Below are positions 1-13,199 of a stretch of DNA of 43,662 nt, piece by piece (positions within the stretch are counted from its first letter, which is position 1; every line of letters begins with the position of its first letter). The stretch spans positions 1-43,662 of the forward strand of contig CAJNYD010000435.1 in NCBI GenBank assembly GCA_905331295.1, written 5' to 3'. Both the position numbers and the translations under genes were made by a program. Below the pieces are notes generated by a model that was not told the DNA's origin, did no database searches, and saw only the letters and a list, made by a program, of their open reading frames with translations. This DNA is from Rotaria socialis (taxonomy: Eukaryota).

Positions 1-342
1 CGATTTCTCGGGGTGTGCTTCTTATACTAAATAATTTTCTGACCGCATCATATGCGAGCACTACCAAACCTATATCATTCGATGCAGCGTGAAAAACTGC
101 ATCGAATGAGCATCAATTCAAACATTCTAGGTAAGGATAATAATGAGAATACAGCTGAATCTATTAAAAAATTGAGTATTTTTTTCATTTAAAAAAATTT
201 GAATTTTTAAAAGAATTTTTTTTAAACAAAAGGCTCTAAAATTTTTTGATATATATAGTTTTGTAGAGCTCAAAGAGCTCTATCCAACCATGTGAAAAAA
301 TCAACAAAAAAATTCTACTCGATTTTTGAATTACGCGCACCT
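1..342. mobile_element. Probable terminal segment (TIR end) of a DNA transposon
   Basis: Shares the motif GCTCTATCCAACCAT (277-291) and a downstream ...ACCT|TA end with the sequence at 40083-40151, right of the DDE transposase. The other end is not in the window. Confidence 0.4.
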
Positions 343-453
343 TACTTCTAATATCCTTTAATCACAAGGAATTGATAACTGACTACTTTAGCGATAATCG
401 AAACCGGCTTGCTAGCTTTTACTAGACTTATTTTTATAAGTCAATTCTTCAAA

Positions 454-462
454 CACACCCAC

Positions 463-494
<32 letters not shown>
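454..494. repeat. Short (CCCACA)n telomere-like motif followed by a (TA)n microsatellite
   Basis: CACACCCACACCC at 454-466, directly followed by a TA run at 467-494. Confidence 0.8.
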
Positions 495-497
<3 letters not shown>

Positions 498-859
498 TTT
501 CGTTAAGGTGAATAATAAGTGAGCTATTTTTAATGAAAATTTCGAAGATCAGATGAGTAAGCAATCAAATTGAAACTGTAATTTATTAGAATATGGCAAG
601 ATTAGAACACGAATTCACTATTAGAAGTGATTCAAAAAAAAATTTTTAGTCAATTAATCCGCTGTTCAACTTAATTGGAGGTGTAGTAAGTTCTGTAATA
701 TGTTTTTTGTGAATGTTCCAAAATTATATCAGATTCAAAAACTTGTTAAGAAGATAGTATTTTCTAATTACGAATCATTAATCTGACTGCATCAGGTGAC
801 TGGCATATTGTATCCTTGAAGGTTGTCATCGACGTAATGTCCCCGGGATGATTCACTCA

Positions 860-3310
860 GCATACTCTTCCAACTTAAATGTAATTTTAATTACTGTGGA
901 AATTATCGTAATATATTTTTGAATATTTCGTCTCGATATACCCACCATTGGCGTAAGTAAGGCGACCTTTACCATTTTTTTTGTCGTTTTTCCATTCTCC
1001 CTGAGACTATACACATGCCGCAGGAATCAAGCTTTAGTACGAAGTGCAACATTATAGTATTAATCAAGAGAGATTTTCTGAATATTTCTACTCAAACCGT
1101 GAACCATCTTTGGAAGTTAAAATACCATGTCCGCATCTTTCACCCTCCTTCCATTCTCCGCTTCCCTGTTCCAATATTTTATCATATATATTCAAACAAA
1201 ACATAAACCCCCATATAAATCATCATGCGTGTTTTATGAAATTCTTTCTCGTACTTGTTGCCATCTGTCCACTTCATTACACCTTTGCCAGTTCTCTCGC
1301 CAAGCTGCCAATCTCCCAACAATGGTTCATGTTTGGCGTTATTCTCATTCAAATAGATTGTGTCACTTAAGAGAGAAGACGAGGGTAGTTTTATGTACGG
1401 TTCATCACGTACTGATCACCATCATCCCATGTGTAAGTGCCTTTTCCATGCTCTACGTCGTTTTTATATTCACCCTCTAGTCGTTCACAAATTGCATTGA
1501 TCTGGTCAACACATCGCTCATATTTGCCAGAGGCTAAGGGCGATAAGTTTCTGAATGAATGAGCTCGTATCGACTACCATCCTTCGATGTCAAAATTCCT
1601 TTTCCAGTCTTCTGGTCATCTTTGAATTGTCCCAGCAACTATTCGTATATTTCATTAATTTGATCTTTGTAGAACAATGGGCATTATTATGGATATGATT
1701 TCAATAGATTCCTGAATATTTTTTCTCATAACGATCGCCATCTGCCAACGTGAAAACACCTTTTCCGTGTTTCTTCCTATTACGAAGTTCGCCCTCATAT
1801 CGATCACCATTCGAAGAAATCCAAACGCCGATTTCTAACTCTTCGTCATCGTTGAAGTTTCCCCACGATTGTTCTTCAATTTTATCATGATAGTGAAAGT
1901 CGAACTTGGAGTACTATAAATGCCAATAAGAGTGCTTTATGAACATTGTTCTCATATTGATCCCCTGATGCCGTGATTAAAACGCCCTTTCCGCTCATCT
2001 GGTCATCTTTGAAGTCACCCAATTTCAGTTCTTATATTCGTTCACTGGATCTCAAATAAAGGTTTCATTATCATAGATATGATCAAAATAGATTTGAGAA
2101 TAATTTCTCTTGTATGTATTACCATCTTCATCATTCCAAGTGCCTTTGCCATTTTTCTTGTCGTCTTTAAACTCTCCCGATCACCGTCCAAATATGTTAT
2201 TACTAAAGTCTATAGCTAAACTGTTTGGCGTTGTAAATACTGTCATTATGCATTTATGGATATTTTCTCTCATAATGTTCACCACCCGCCGAATCCCACG
2301 TGCCTCTTCCGTTTTTCTTATCATCTTTAAGCTCTCCCTGCGATGATTCATAAATTATAAAATATCATTGGAAACGAACGACGAAATTTTACAGAGAGTT
2401 TTTACGACAACTTTATGAATATTTATCTCGTATCGATCACCGTTTGCTGAGACCCAAGTGCCTTTTCCGTTCTTTAGATCATCTTTAAAGCTTCCCTCTG
2501 ATTGTTACCTTATTGCATTAATTCAACTAAAATATAACACATGATATTCTACAGATTTTCATACAGGATTAACGAACATAGCAGCTGGTATGTATCACCA
2601 GCAGGTGACTTCCAGCTTCCATTGCCATTCTTTTTGTCCCCTACCCATTGGCCCCATGACTATTCATCTTTCATATCAATTAAATGAAAATTTGACATCT
2701 AGCTTCGGAGTTATAGTCCTGATCAGTTTATGAACATTACATCTCGTAGCGGGAGCCATCACTCAAGATTTCAATACCGTTTCCATCCTTCATGCCATCT
2801 TTCCAATCTCCCTTCTGACATTTACATATTATAGTAATCCAGTGACAAAAGGGTCCAAGATCATTAAAAGTAATCACAAGACGTATCTGTACATTTTTTC
2901 TCGTATTTTCGGCCATCAGAACAGGTACAAATGCCCTTTCCGTGTTGCTTATCATCTTTCCATTCTCCCAATGATTATTCGTGAATTGTGTCAATTGAAT
3001 CTAATGGGACAACTTTTATCATTGATTTCATATTTTTCAATTTCTGAACGCCTTTTCTCGTATCGTCGACCATCAGGCCAAGTATAAACACCTTTTCCGT
3101 TTTGCTTATCATCTTTCCATGCTCCCAATAATTATTCGTGAATTTTATCAGTCGAATCCATATGAAGAGTTATTTGTTATTGACTTTACATATGTCAATT
3201 TCTGGATGCTTCTTCTCGTATCTTCTACCATCAGGCCAAGTGTATATGCCTTTTCCGTGTTTGTTACCATTTTGCCAATCTCCCAAGTTGTATGCTTAAA
3301 CTACGTGAAT
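860..3310 (-). pseudogene. Degenerate MORN-repeat gene: tandem units of one MORN repeat plus spacer
   Basis: Minus-strand translations GDWQNGNKHGKGIYTWPDGRRYE (~3215-3285), GAWKDDKQNGKGVYTWPDGRRYE (~3057-3125), GDWKDGMKDGNGIEILSDGSRYE (~2743-2812), GSFKDDLKNGKGTWVSANGDRYE (~2427-2496), and more decayed units down to ~900. Period about 150-160 bp, with stops, indels and missing GT donors. Confidence 0.75.
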
Positions 3311-4279
3311 CCAATAGATGTGAAAAATATCATACAATACATTTGACCACTATGGATTTATGAATAACACATCTCATAATTTTCATCAAAAGGCATCACT
3401 TAAAAAGGTATGTAAGTTAAATTATTCTATTTGAAAAAATAGATTTATCATGGTATTCAAAATTTGTTTCACTACAGTTGACAAGATTTTATGACCTTAT
3501 AGTAAACGTGTTTAGTTTAGATTGAGAGGCGAAGAGAAAGTTCATGTGTACATCCTCAAACAGATACTTTCTGTGATATCTCGAAAAAAAAACTTGAACA
3601 TCTTCAAGCTCTCTTTGTTTTTTAAAGTATGTGCGAATCCTATACTTTGCTTCTTTGAGATATAAAGAAACAGAACGACTTATATTTATATTTATTTATG
3701 AATTCGACTATACCAATCTTAATTCAGATATCATGATGATCGCCAAACGAATCTGAATATCGTCATACCTGAAATTTTTGAATAATATTATTGAATTCCA
3801 TTTTCGTCTCAAACTTGAGAAATCAAAAACGTCCAAACCATTTTTCAGTTGAAAAATGATCATAAAGTCAGGGGGAAGGAGCAAGACTTCAGGAGTGCGT
3901 ACTTCCCTCATGCTTCCATCGTACTTCCTCATACTTCCTTCGTACTTCCATGATACTTCCGTGGTACTTCCTTGCTCTTCATTATAATTCTCTGTACTCC
4001 TTGATACTTCACTATTTTCTAAAAATAATGTTTTTTCTATAAAGTTTGACCGAAGTTAATTGAGGTTAAGGAATCCAAATCTGAAGTCAGTTTCCCGAAA
4101 TTTTGAGTTTGATATTTCTTGTCAAGGGAAGGCTATCTTCTAAAAATAACAATTTTTGATAAAGTTTGATCGAAGACAATTCAGATCAAGGAATCCGATT
4201 CTACAATCGGCTTTCACAAAATTTCAAGCTTAATTTTATAACTAAAAATATATTTTTAGTAAAACAAGTGAGTTTTAAA

Positions 4280-5642
4280 CTGACTTCGTAGTGGTTCTGT
4301 ATTCCCTATATTTTTTAAACTAGTCCTATATTATACTGTATTTTGATCGTTTTCCTATGTTCCTATATTTTTTGAAAAAAGGAAGATTCTTGTGAAGAAA
4401 GGCACGCATTCTTTAGAAAAGCATCTAACTTAACATAAGTTTGTAATTGATATACATGTACTACGTGAACTTAATGATTCACTCTAAAAAAAATAGGTTA
4501 TCCACCGAACCCTGGAAAAAGGTTCGGTGGACAACCTATTTTTTTTTAGAGTTTATCACCTTGATAATTGATGATGTTAGTGAATGTTTACAACTTGCAA
4601 TCAAGAAAAAAGAGAGCATTGAGGTAAATAGATCAACTATTTTAATCGATAGTGGTAATACAAAAGCAAAGCACTCAATGAACAGTTATCAAAAATAACA
4701 GAATTAATTAAAATTCAGAAAAACAAAAATATGAATTTTCTCGCAAGCAACAAAAACGACAAAAAACTTTAAATGATGCATCTATCGTTTTAAATTAAAA
4801 GTTATATTATTTTGTAATATGTAAATATTTTGTTTATATAGTTTTGTAGCTGAGATACTACAACAGTATTGATAAAAAATATCGTGTGTTTTCTATAAGC
4901 CAAAAACTTTTTTGATTCTTATTTAATTTCTTTTTTTAACATTTATATTGCATTATGTGTAAAACCGTTAAAAATAGATCGAACCCAAATTGTTATTTTT
5001 ATTGTTGAAAAATATTTCCATGTCATTGCTTTTCACTACTTTATAATACTTTTGTGGAACTCACATATATTTTCGAAGAAAATAGTGAGTGTAAGTTGAA
5101 TTGTTAGGTTTTTGCGGCTCCCCTGTACCCCACCCCCTCCCTCCCCATTACAGACATAAAACATAAAAAAACTAANTCAACAATATTGATAGCTATATCC
5201 TAAATACTGTTTAAACTATTATCATTCAGAATATTTCTCAGTGAAACCACTAAACACTTCAGCATACCGACATGTTCTAAACAAAAAGTTTTTTATATGT
5301 TCTCTCTAGTAATATTTCCTATTGATAGATTCAATAAACTTCAAATGTTAAAAAGGTTTTATTATCTTATTTGTAAACAATATATGATCTCACTACACTG
5401 AAAAAATAAAACTTCTATTTGATCAGTATCTAACTGACCGAAATATGTGAGTTCCACATTTTAGCCCCAACGGGGCTGCGCTGAAAAGCTTTTTTGTTTA
5501 GCCCATTGGATAAATGTAAAAGAAGAATCTCATTACAATCTACCATATTGCTGTAGTTTTTCTAGGCGTCAAAAACATTTTGTAGGGGAAATTAACGTCC
5601 TATATATTCCTATATTTTTTCAGAAGGCTGTTGCGAAGCCAG
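4280..5642. mobile_element. Nested hAT-like MITE (degenerate)
   Basis: Ends CTGACTTCGTAG ... TTGCGAAGCCAG (9/12 inverted match), CCTATAT repeats near both ends, imperfect 8-bp flanks GTTTTAAA/ATTTTAAG. Confidence 0.45.
5053..5458. mobile_element. MITE with perfect 16-bp TIR, innermost of a three-level nest
   Basis: TGTGGAACTCACATAT (5053-5068) / ATATGTGAGTTCCACA (5443-5458). A related copy begins at 42139. Confidence 0.75.
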
Positions 5643-7856
5643 ATTTTAAGGAATAAGAATTTTTTGCAAAAATAGATTGTTATCTGCTAAAAAAATTTTA
5701 ATGGAATAAACAAGCTAAAGCTTTTGAGAAACCAATTATGGATTCAGATTCCTCGACTTCAATTAATTTTCATCAAACTTTTACAATAAATTGCTACTTT
5801 TCAAAAATACTCTTTTCTAACGTAAAAAAACAAACTCAAAAATTGAAAACCTGACCGCAGATTCAGATTCCTCGATCCCATTTTCATTGGTTTAACTTTA
5901 TAAAAACTCTTATTTCTAGAAAATAGCGTTCGCTGGACAGCGAAAATTAAACTCAAAATTTTAAAAACGAATTGCAGATTCGGATTTCTTGATCCTGACT
6001 ATCTTTCGTGAAAATTCAGCAAATATCGTTATTTTTAGAAAATAGCCTTTCCTTCACCAGACAAATTATACTCAAAATTTTGAGAAACCAGTTGCCAGTT
6101 TCAGATTTCTTGTACCAAGTTATCTTTGGTCAAGCTATATAAAATATCGTTATATTTAGGAGATTCCATTTCGTTCGATGAATTCGGAAGCCTTCCGTTA
6201 AAAGTTAAGGGAATCCATGTCGCGTTCTCCTTCTCGTTTCTCGGTACAGGGCTGGATTGCGTTCCCCATCCCTTCAAACCGAACGCAAAAGTGACACTCT
6301 TACAAAAAATTATCTTCTAAAAACTGTTACTAAATGTACTATGTACAAAGAGGGAAAAGAGAGACTTCTGGTGTGTGTACTCCAGCTGTACTTCTCCTGT
6401 ACTTAGGCATGCACCAAGCCTGAAGCGCTTGGGAGTTTGACTATGATTTTCGATTTGGATTAGGTATGTCATCCTTAATTTTTCAAATAAAAGAAGATCT
6501 CTTGAGAAAAGATGATTCTTTTATAAGGTTTAACTGGATGTAATCGAATTCGGTGCATCCGAATTTGAAAACAGGCTCTTAAAATTTTTCAAGTTGATTT
6601 TTTTGACTAAACAAAAGGTTGTTTGAGAAAATAACAGTTTTTTATGAAGTTTGACTTCAGTGAGTAGAGTAAGCTTACTTGATCAGGAAATAAAGTAGAA
6701 AATATTTTAGAATCTGATTGAAGATTACGATTCCGCGACCGCAATTACCTTCCATTAAGCCTTATAAAAGATCATTATTTTCTCAAAAACTATCATTTTT
6801 ACTGAAAAAATTAGGGATGACATAACTACCACAAAAATCCAAACCTAAACGCAAACTCCCATACGGTTCTCGGTACTTCACTTGTACTTTGGTTGTCCTT
6901 CCCCTATACTTCTTGGTACTTCTATTGTACTTCCATCGTACTTCCTCGTACTTCCGTCGTACTTCAAAAAACTTCGGAAGTAGATGAAGTCTTGATATTC
7001 CCCCCTTGTCATAAAAGCAAACTTGTTGTCGGCTCAAAAGCGTATGCATCGCGAGAATACTAACTTGAATGAGCTGTATCCCAAAAATGGAACTTATTAG
7101 GCGAATCTATCAAAGATATAAAGGATACATTTTCCCAATTTCATCAGAGCCTACATAAAAATTTGATATAATAATATGTGCCATGCTGAACACCACAAAA
7201 AAGACGTGCCTTCTATTTTTTACTGTAGGTGTACAAAGATCTAATCTATTCAGTGTTTAGTAACTTAATTATTACTACTTATCACTTCGTAAATGCTGGA
7301 AGCACAAAAGAAAACTAGTATACATGCATGATTTATTTCCGGTTACAACAGGTTCGGTGTTTGGATATGTTCCTGAGCTTGACATAAGGAGTTCGCAATA
7401 TAACGTAGACGACTCTTCGATTTTAGGGCTGCTCGTCTTTGTTCGCGTCTTTTATAAATGTTCCAAACAAGCGGAGAACACGTTTTTTCTGCTGCTTTTA
7501 AATCATGCCCATTTCAAATTCTTCTTAGCTTTTTTGCACGAAAAACAAAACTATTGAAAGTTTAGTTTAATTCTATTTCCGTTAAAAGATATTTCTTCTT
7601 TCATCGAGTATATTATGAAAGCTTTACAAGTGAATGTTCGGCTACATACCCACACCACTACACTCATAATCTTCAAAACTTTGAAATTTTTTTCCATGAA
7701 ACTCGATTTGGTCATTGTCTCTAGGAAGTACTATACACACTGTGTATGGTCGCTTCAACTATTGACACTCTATATAAATTTTTTATTCTTCCTCAAGCAA
7801 GTAGATCATGATTATTACTATCAAATAAACATGTATCTCCTAATATTAATCTTGAT

Positions 7857-9099
7857 TTATAGAACCGTATGACTAAATTCTCTTAAACAAGTTCTTATAT
7901 GAATTTTGTGCTTTAGTATGGCTTTCATATGGTTATACTTACTGTTGTCGAAATTTGGAATCACAACTCGACAGTAGTCCTTGACACTTTTACAGCTAGA
8001 ATTGAAAAGGATATTAAGAAGTTTTCTTATGCAAATGAATACTCTGCTCACCCATCCAAAAACTCTTCTTTTGTTATTTTTTTATTTCGCTTCTTATCGC
8101 AAGAGTCCATAATTTTTCTGGCAAGATTCTTTGCACTGGTTACGTCCATCGTTTGACCAAGGAGATCACTAGTGGCCGTTATCATATGAAGTATTTCTTT
8201 TTGATCGATTGCTCCTGATTTGTCGTAATCAAATATATCGAATGCCTAGATAAAATGGACTCTTCACTTAGTCATAGAAAAATATCATTCCATGCTCATA
8301 CCAATGCAAGGTTATGTTCTAAATCATCTGATTCATGAATGTGCATCGCCATTACATATTCAGTAAAATTTAATTTTCCGCTTTTGTCCTTATCAAATAT
8401 GTCAAATGCATATCGACAGAAGCTACTTGCTTTTCCTCTACAATTAAAAATTAAGAAAAGATGTGTATGACAAAACTGTATACTTATTGACAACTTGAAC
8501 TTACTTTGGATACTGACTTTGAAATTTTTTTGTAAAAATTTCTTTCGACATTGCTCCATCGGGACTAAAAGAAATCAAATTGCATACGATTAACACTAAT
8601 GGAAATGTGCTGGATTGTTCTCTTTTAGTAAGTTGTTATTCTAATGAATTCGGTTTCGCGGGTGCTCGTTTTTAAGTAAATATAGAAAGACTACTGAACT
8701 ATCATTTTTACGGAATAAATGGCAAAATTATTTCAGTCTACTAATTCGTAATATGTGAAAATCCATCGTAACAGCATATTCTCAAACTGTTTTGCTTACC
8801 AAAGTTCGATAAATTCTTCATGCATTTCTTGTAATTTTTCTTCATCGAGAGTATCGATTTCGTGTAAAAGATCGTCGATTTGCTTGTGTGTTAATTCTAA
8901 AGAAAAGAAAATAATATCTATGACAGCATTCCTATAGAAATGACTTTATTTTGCGATTATCAATGAAACTCTGAGTTTAGCCTCAATCACAAATTTCTAA
9001 AAGTTGTAACTGACGCTGACCTAACTCATCTTATACATCTTTATTTCCAATCATGACTAACTTTACCAGATATTGCATACTAAGCAATTTTTTCTTCAT
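7857..9099 (-). CDS. Neuronal calcium sensor / recoverin-family EF-hand protein (~214 aa), 6 exons
   Basis: Phase-consistent GT-AG exons 9099-9081 (tentative), 8896-8800, 8564-8505, 8437-8302, 8245-8052, 7995-7857. Translation ...EMHEEFIELCPDGAMSKEIF..KGKASSFCRYAFDIFDKDKSGKLNFTEY..AFDIFDYDKSGAIDQKE..ITKEEFLDGC contains the family CPxG motif and EF-hand loops. First exon and exact C-terminus are less certain. Confidence 0.85.
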
Positions 9100-11755
9100 G
9101 CCTATTTGAGATTAATAGCAACATACATTGTAAAAAACAGCGTTGAATAATCAACGCTGTTCTTTAATGTTTTTTTTTTCATGAACTCTTCAAGGGTACA
9201 TCACCCGAAGCATTTTTGAGCGCAAGAGCATCTGAATTTGCAAGAATTATATAAATCTTTTTAAGGGTTTCGTATTCCACATTTTGATTAAAATCGTAGT
9301 GCTAAACGAATAGAAGTAGCAATGGAGGAGGCAGGCACATCAGCGGCAAAATGAAGTTTTTTTTTCTCGAGAGCATTTGTTACCCGTCCCGCCTTCACAG
9401 ATGGTTCCTGATTAAGGGGGCTGCCAGGGTATTTCCATCGTTACGCCCCTGATGGGTAAAATATTGTACAAATTTTTCACAAAGGTTTATTATTCGACGA
9501 CCAAGGGCTGATTATTCTACACTTTCAGAAGAAGCATTCGTTACAACACGTTAAAGAGTAAATTACTATGCTGTGTCGCCAAATGCGTTTATTTTTCCAC
9601 GATCGAAGGTAGATTATTGTACACTTCCTGGAAAAGCGTTTATTAAAATATTTTTAAAGGTGCATTATTATACGGTGTCACCAAATAAGAACATTACTCT
9701 ACCATCTAAGATATATTGATGAGCATATAAACAATCAATCTTACAGTAACATATCTTTGAACATGAAAAACGTTTTCCGTTTAATGAAAGGTTTATCGAG
9801 ACTATGAATTCTTCGAAGTCTTACAAATCGCGAAGATTTATTCGCCGAGGAGTGCATTAGAGGGAGAAAATTATATGATGCTTGTTTATGGGTTCAGTAT
9901 TGTATGTTCTCATCGGAAGAATTTATCATGGAAGGGCTCAAGATAGTTCAATCCAAGACTTTAGAAATCAAAGAGAATAAAAATTCTGTGTCCACTAGGG
10001 ATTTCTTATTCATGGTCCAAAGTGAGCATTGCCTGATGAAATAACAAATACTTTTATCAGACAAAAAAACAGTTTGCGCGTAATCGACAATAAGCATTTG
10101 ACTAATGGAACATGCTTTTACGCACTGCATTAGGACATACTTATATCGCAATTTTAATATTTTAGAACTAAGCATATACAATTCTATAGTTTATTTTGAT
10201 GGATTCATCGCTCTTTATTCAAATCTGGAATTTCTCAACTTGTTGATAGAAAATTTTTTCAATGCCTTCAATTGATCGAATGTATTCATAATTATACTCG
10301 CGAAGATAAGTTAATAGGCGGTTAATGGATGGCTTACAGAAGTCTTCATTTTCAGGTTCGTTTAAAGAGTGTCCACGGAAACAATGAGTTTCATATGAAG
10401 ATGCCGAACCGTTTTTATAAAATTCCTAGTTTTTTCCTAAGTCTATTCTATTTTAAAGTAATTCGATCTTTTATTGATGTTATATTAACATCAGTATTAT
10501 CTGAGATCAGAATCTCTATCGAATCTGGTAATGTGATAATGCTACAAATATTGTGTCATCGTGAATAAAAGTGATAATGATGATTTACAAAATATCATAG
10601 CTTTATTTTTTGCAAGATCTGAATAAAACAGTGAAACTGATGGGGAACCATCAGTAAACACAACACTTGATTATTTCAGAGTGATTTCAATGGTTGCTAC
10701 TATACTCTCTGATAATGAATGATGAGAAATTTAAAACTAAGACGGACTACTATTCCAATAGATTGAGTAATAAGTATTTCAGGAATCAATTCAATGATTG
10801 CTTATTTTCTGGAAAGCAACAAACTATTAATGTGCCTGAACACTCATTTCAGTTTTTTTTTCATACTGATACTTCAGCCATTATGTGTGAAAAACATATT
10901 CCATGTTTCTCCAGGATTAAATACGCGGAATATTCAAACGGAATTAAAACCGTATCGAAACTTTTAAAATGCTGTATACACTTTTACATGGTTAAAATGA
11001 CGCAACTTCTCTTGTCGACCAGTAGCTTCTCTAATCGATCTCTATTCAATCGCTTAGGGACATACATTTTGTCAAATTATGAAAAACAAGTTATCTTCGA
11101 GTGCCATCTGTTGAAAACATTTGATATACTAATGTCCATCTCAGTTTTTGAATAAGGAATCCCAAGCTCTGAAAAAACAATATATTTAGTAGAAGGATCT
11201 TTTCTATGGGCAAGTATCAATACTATGCGCTTACTTTATCAAATCGTAGCGTACAGTCTTAAAAATAGTGGAACAATTTACTTAGGTATTGTCTTCATAG
11301 TTTCATTTTGTTATCGTCATCATTTTTTGGCTAGCCCTTTTCATAATATTGATTAAGAAGATACAATGAGAAATAGGTTGAAAGTAGTTTTTTCGAAATT
11401 TATTTACATTTTGTCATTTTTATGACCTCTCCATTGTTGAAAATCGATTAACAAAACTCTTTTAATTTTCTGTAACTACTTTTTAAACTCTTTGTACTGA
11501 TATTAAAATATAAAATTGCTACCAAAATGATATATGATCGAAGAAAATCTTATTGACATTTGCGTATCATAAGCTTAATAATACAAACAAGCTCATGCAC
11601 AACTAAACATCATCAACAATAAAGAAAACAATTAGCTAAATTAACATGTTTTAACTTTCATTAATTGAAATAAAGTCACCCAATATTGAACATGACTTCT
11701 CCTCAATAAATAATATTGTATAGTCTATATAATGCTGCCCAATATCTTTAACATC

Positions 11756-11974
11756 TACCCAGGACGAAGGCGTGCAGTCGGATAATATCGGATCGTCTTA
11801 ATACCAACAGAATTCTATCGAAAGCAACTGGGAATCCATTGATTCGCATTTCGATAGCGGAGTTCGATTGGATCCTCACAAATTCTGACAACATTCTATC
11901 AATTTTTGTCGGATTTCTATTAAATTTTAGGCAATCCAATCAAAATTCGGGTCACTAGATTCTTTGACCTGGTA
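11756..11974. mobile_element. MITE of the CCCAGG...CCTGG(G) family
   Basis: Ends TACCCAGG ... GACCTGGTA, with internal GGAT/ATCC/CGAC-rich degenerate repeats shared with 21990-22712, 28625-28852 and 33155-34060. Confidence 0.5.
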
Positions 11975-12458
11975 GCTATTGCTTACTTTTGTCATCATCA
12001 AATTTCTAGTGAGTTCATTCGGATCTATACCAGATCTAGGCAAAAATACTTTCAATCTTCTCATTAGTATTTTTCATCGCACACGGTTAAACTAACCAAT
12101 AGAACGCCTTGATAAATACACATTTTCCTCTCTAAGAGATCCCCTTCTTTTATTGTCAGAGTGATTCAGCAGTACCAATCAACAATTCTACTAGATAAAT
12201 GAAGTTATTATTATATAACATATTTTTTCATAAAGCCAATGCTTAAAAACAAGTTTAAGAAAATTCCGCCGTTTTTTATTAAATGATCTCCATTTTTTCT
12301 AAAATTATTCCGTACAATATCACAATACTCATTTAAAAATCATTACACTTCTGTTCTTCAATTTAACGTCAAGCTCATGACACAGAATTTTCTATAGTCA
12401 ATATCGATTTTCATTTTCTTCTAAAATCACTTTCCATTTCTACTACTGCACACAGCAG

Positions 12459-13169
12459 CAGAACTTGAAACGGGCCACTTTTATAGAGCCCGGGTCGGCC
12501 CAAAAAGGCCCATCAAATTTGTCGGCCTACCCGGTCCCGCCCGATCTAGATCCAAGGAAACTGATTTTTGAAAATACTTTTTACAGAACTGATTATAAAA
12601 ATAAACGTCGTATTTCAAAAGAAATTTCCGTAGGGTACATCAATAATTTATTGATGAATTTAATTACATTGGACCATTAATGTAAAAACAAAAAAGAAAT
12701 AAACAAGTACCACGAAAAACTACTAGATGTGGAACAAGTGTAAAAAGGTATGCTGCACATGAAAATGATCAACATTTATCTGAGACAAGATTAGGGACAT
12801 TCATGAATATTTTTTGTATAGACCGAACAAAAAAACATTTTCTACCGTGTTTGGATTCAATGAATGAAGTTTATCAAAAAAAACAACGAACAGAAATTTT
12901 TTTTTGTTGATTACGCGTGAATGCAACCATAAAGGAAACAAATAACAGATTTTATAAACAAAATGTTATTTATTTAATGTACTGTCCGCTGATACTTTCA
13001 TAGATATTTCCAAGATATATATTTTGTAAAAATTTCTGAACCTGATGGCATCTAAAAAATTTAATAAAAACAATCTTGTTGGACCGGATAGCCCGACAAA
13101 ATCGCCGACCCTCCCGACCCACTAGAAAAAATTCGTTGGCCCGGATCGTGCGGCCCATTTCGAGCCCTG
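12459..13169. mobile_element. hAT-like MITE
   Basis: TIR CAGAACTTGAAACGGGCC / GGCCCATTTCGAGCCCTG, subterminal GGCCCG repeats, 8-bp flanks CACAGCAG vs CACAGTGG (6/8). Confidence 0.7.
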
Positions 13170-13199
13170 CACAGTGGTATAATAGTAAAGGGTATCACT

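Larger units (their letters stand above)
3871..7005. mobile_element. Non-autonomous DNA element with G-run TIRs and internal repeat arrays
   Basis: Left AGGGGGAAGGAGCAAGACTTCA vs reverse complement of right end AGGGGGGAATATCAAGACTTCA (18/22). ~11-bp GTACTTCC arrays near both ends (3898-4010, 6870-6965). ~119-bp units at ~4030-4270 recur inverted at ~5700-6180. No clear TSD. Confidence 0.65.

Noticed and set aside
9067..9078. Alternative first exon ATGCAATATCTG|GTAAAG for the EF-hand gene
   Set aside because: Phase 0, incompatible with the phase-1 acceptor at 8896; it would give an immediate stop.
9511..9710. Two degenerate ~100-bp direct repeats
   Set aside because: Too diverged and featureless to assign a function or family.
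10694..11155. 153-aa plus-strand ORF
   Set aside because: No recognisable motif, non-ATG start, and it overlaps minus-strand exon remnants.
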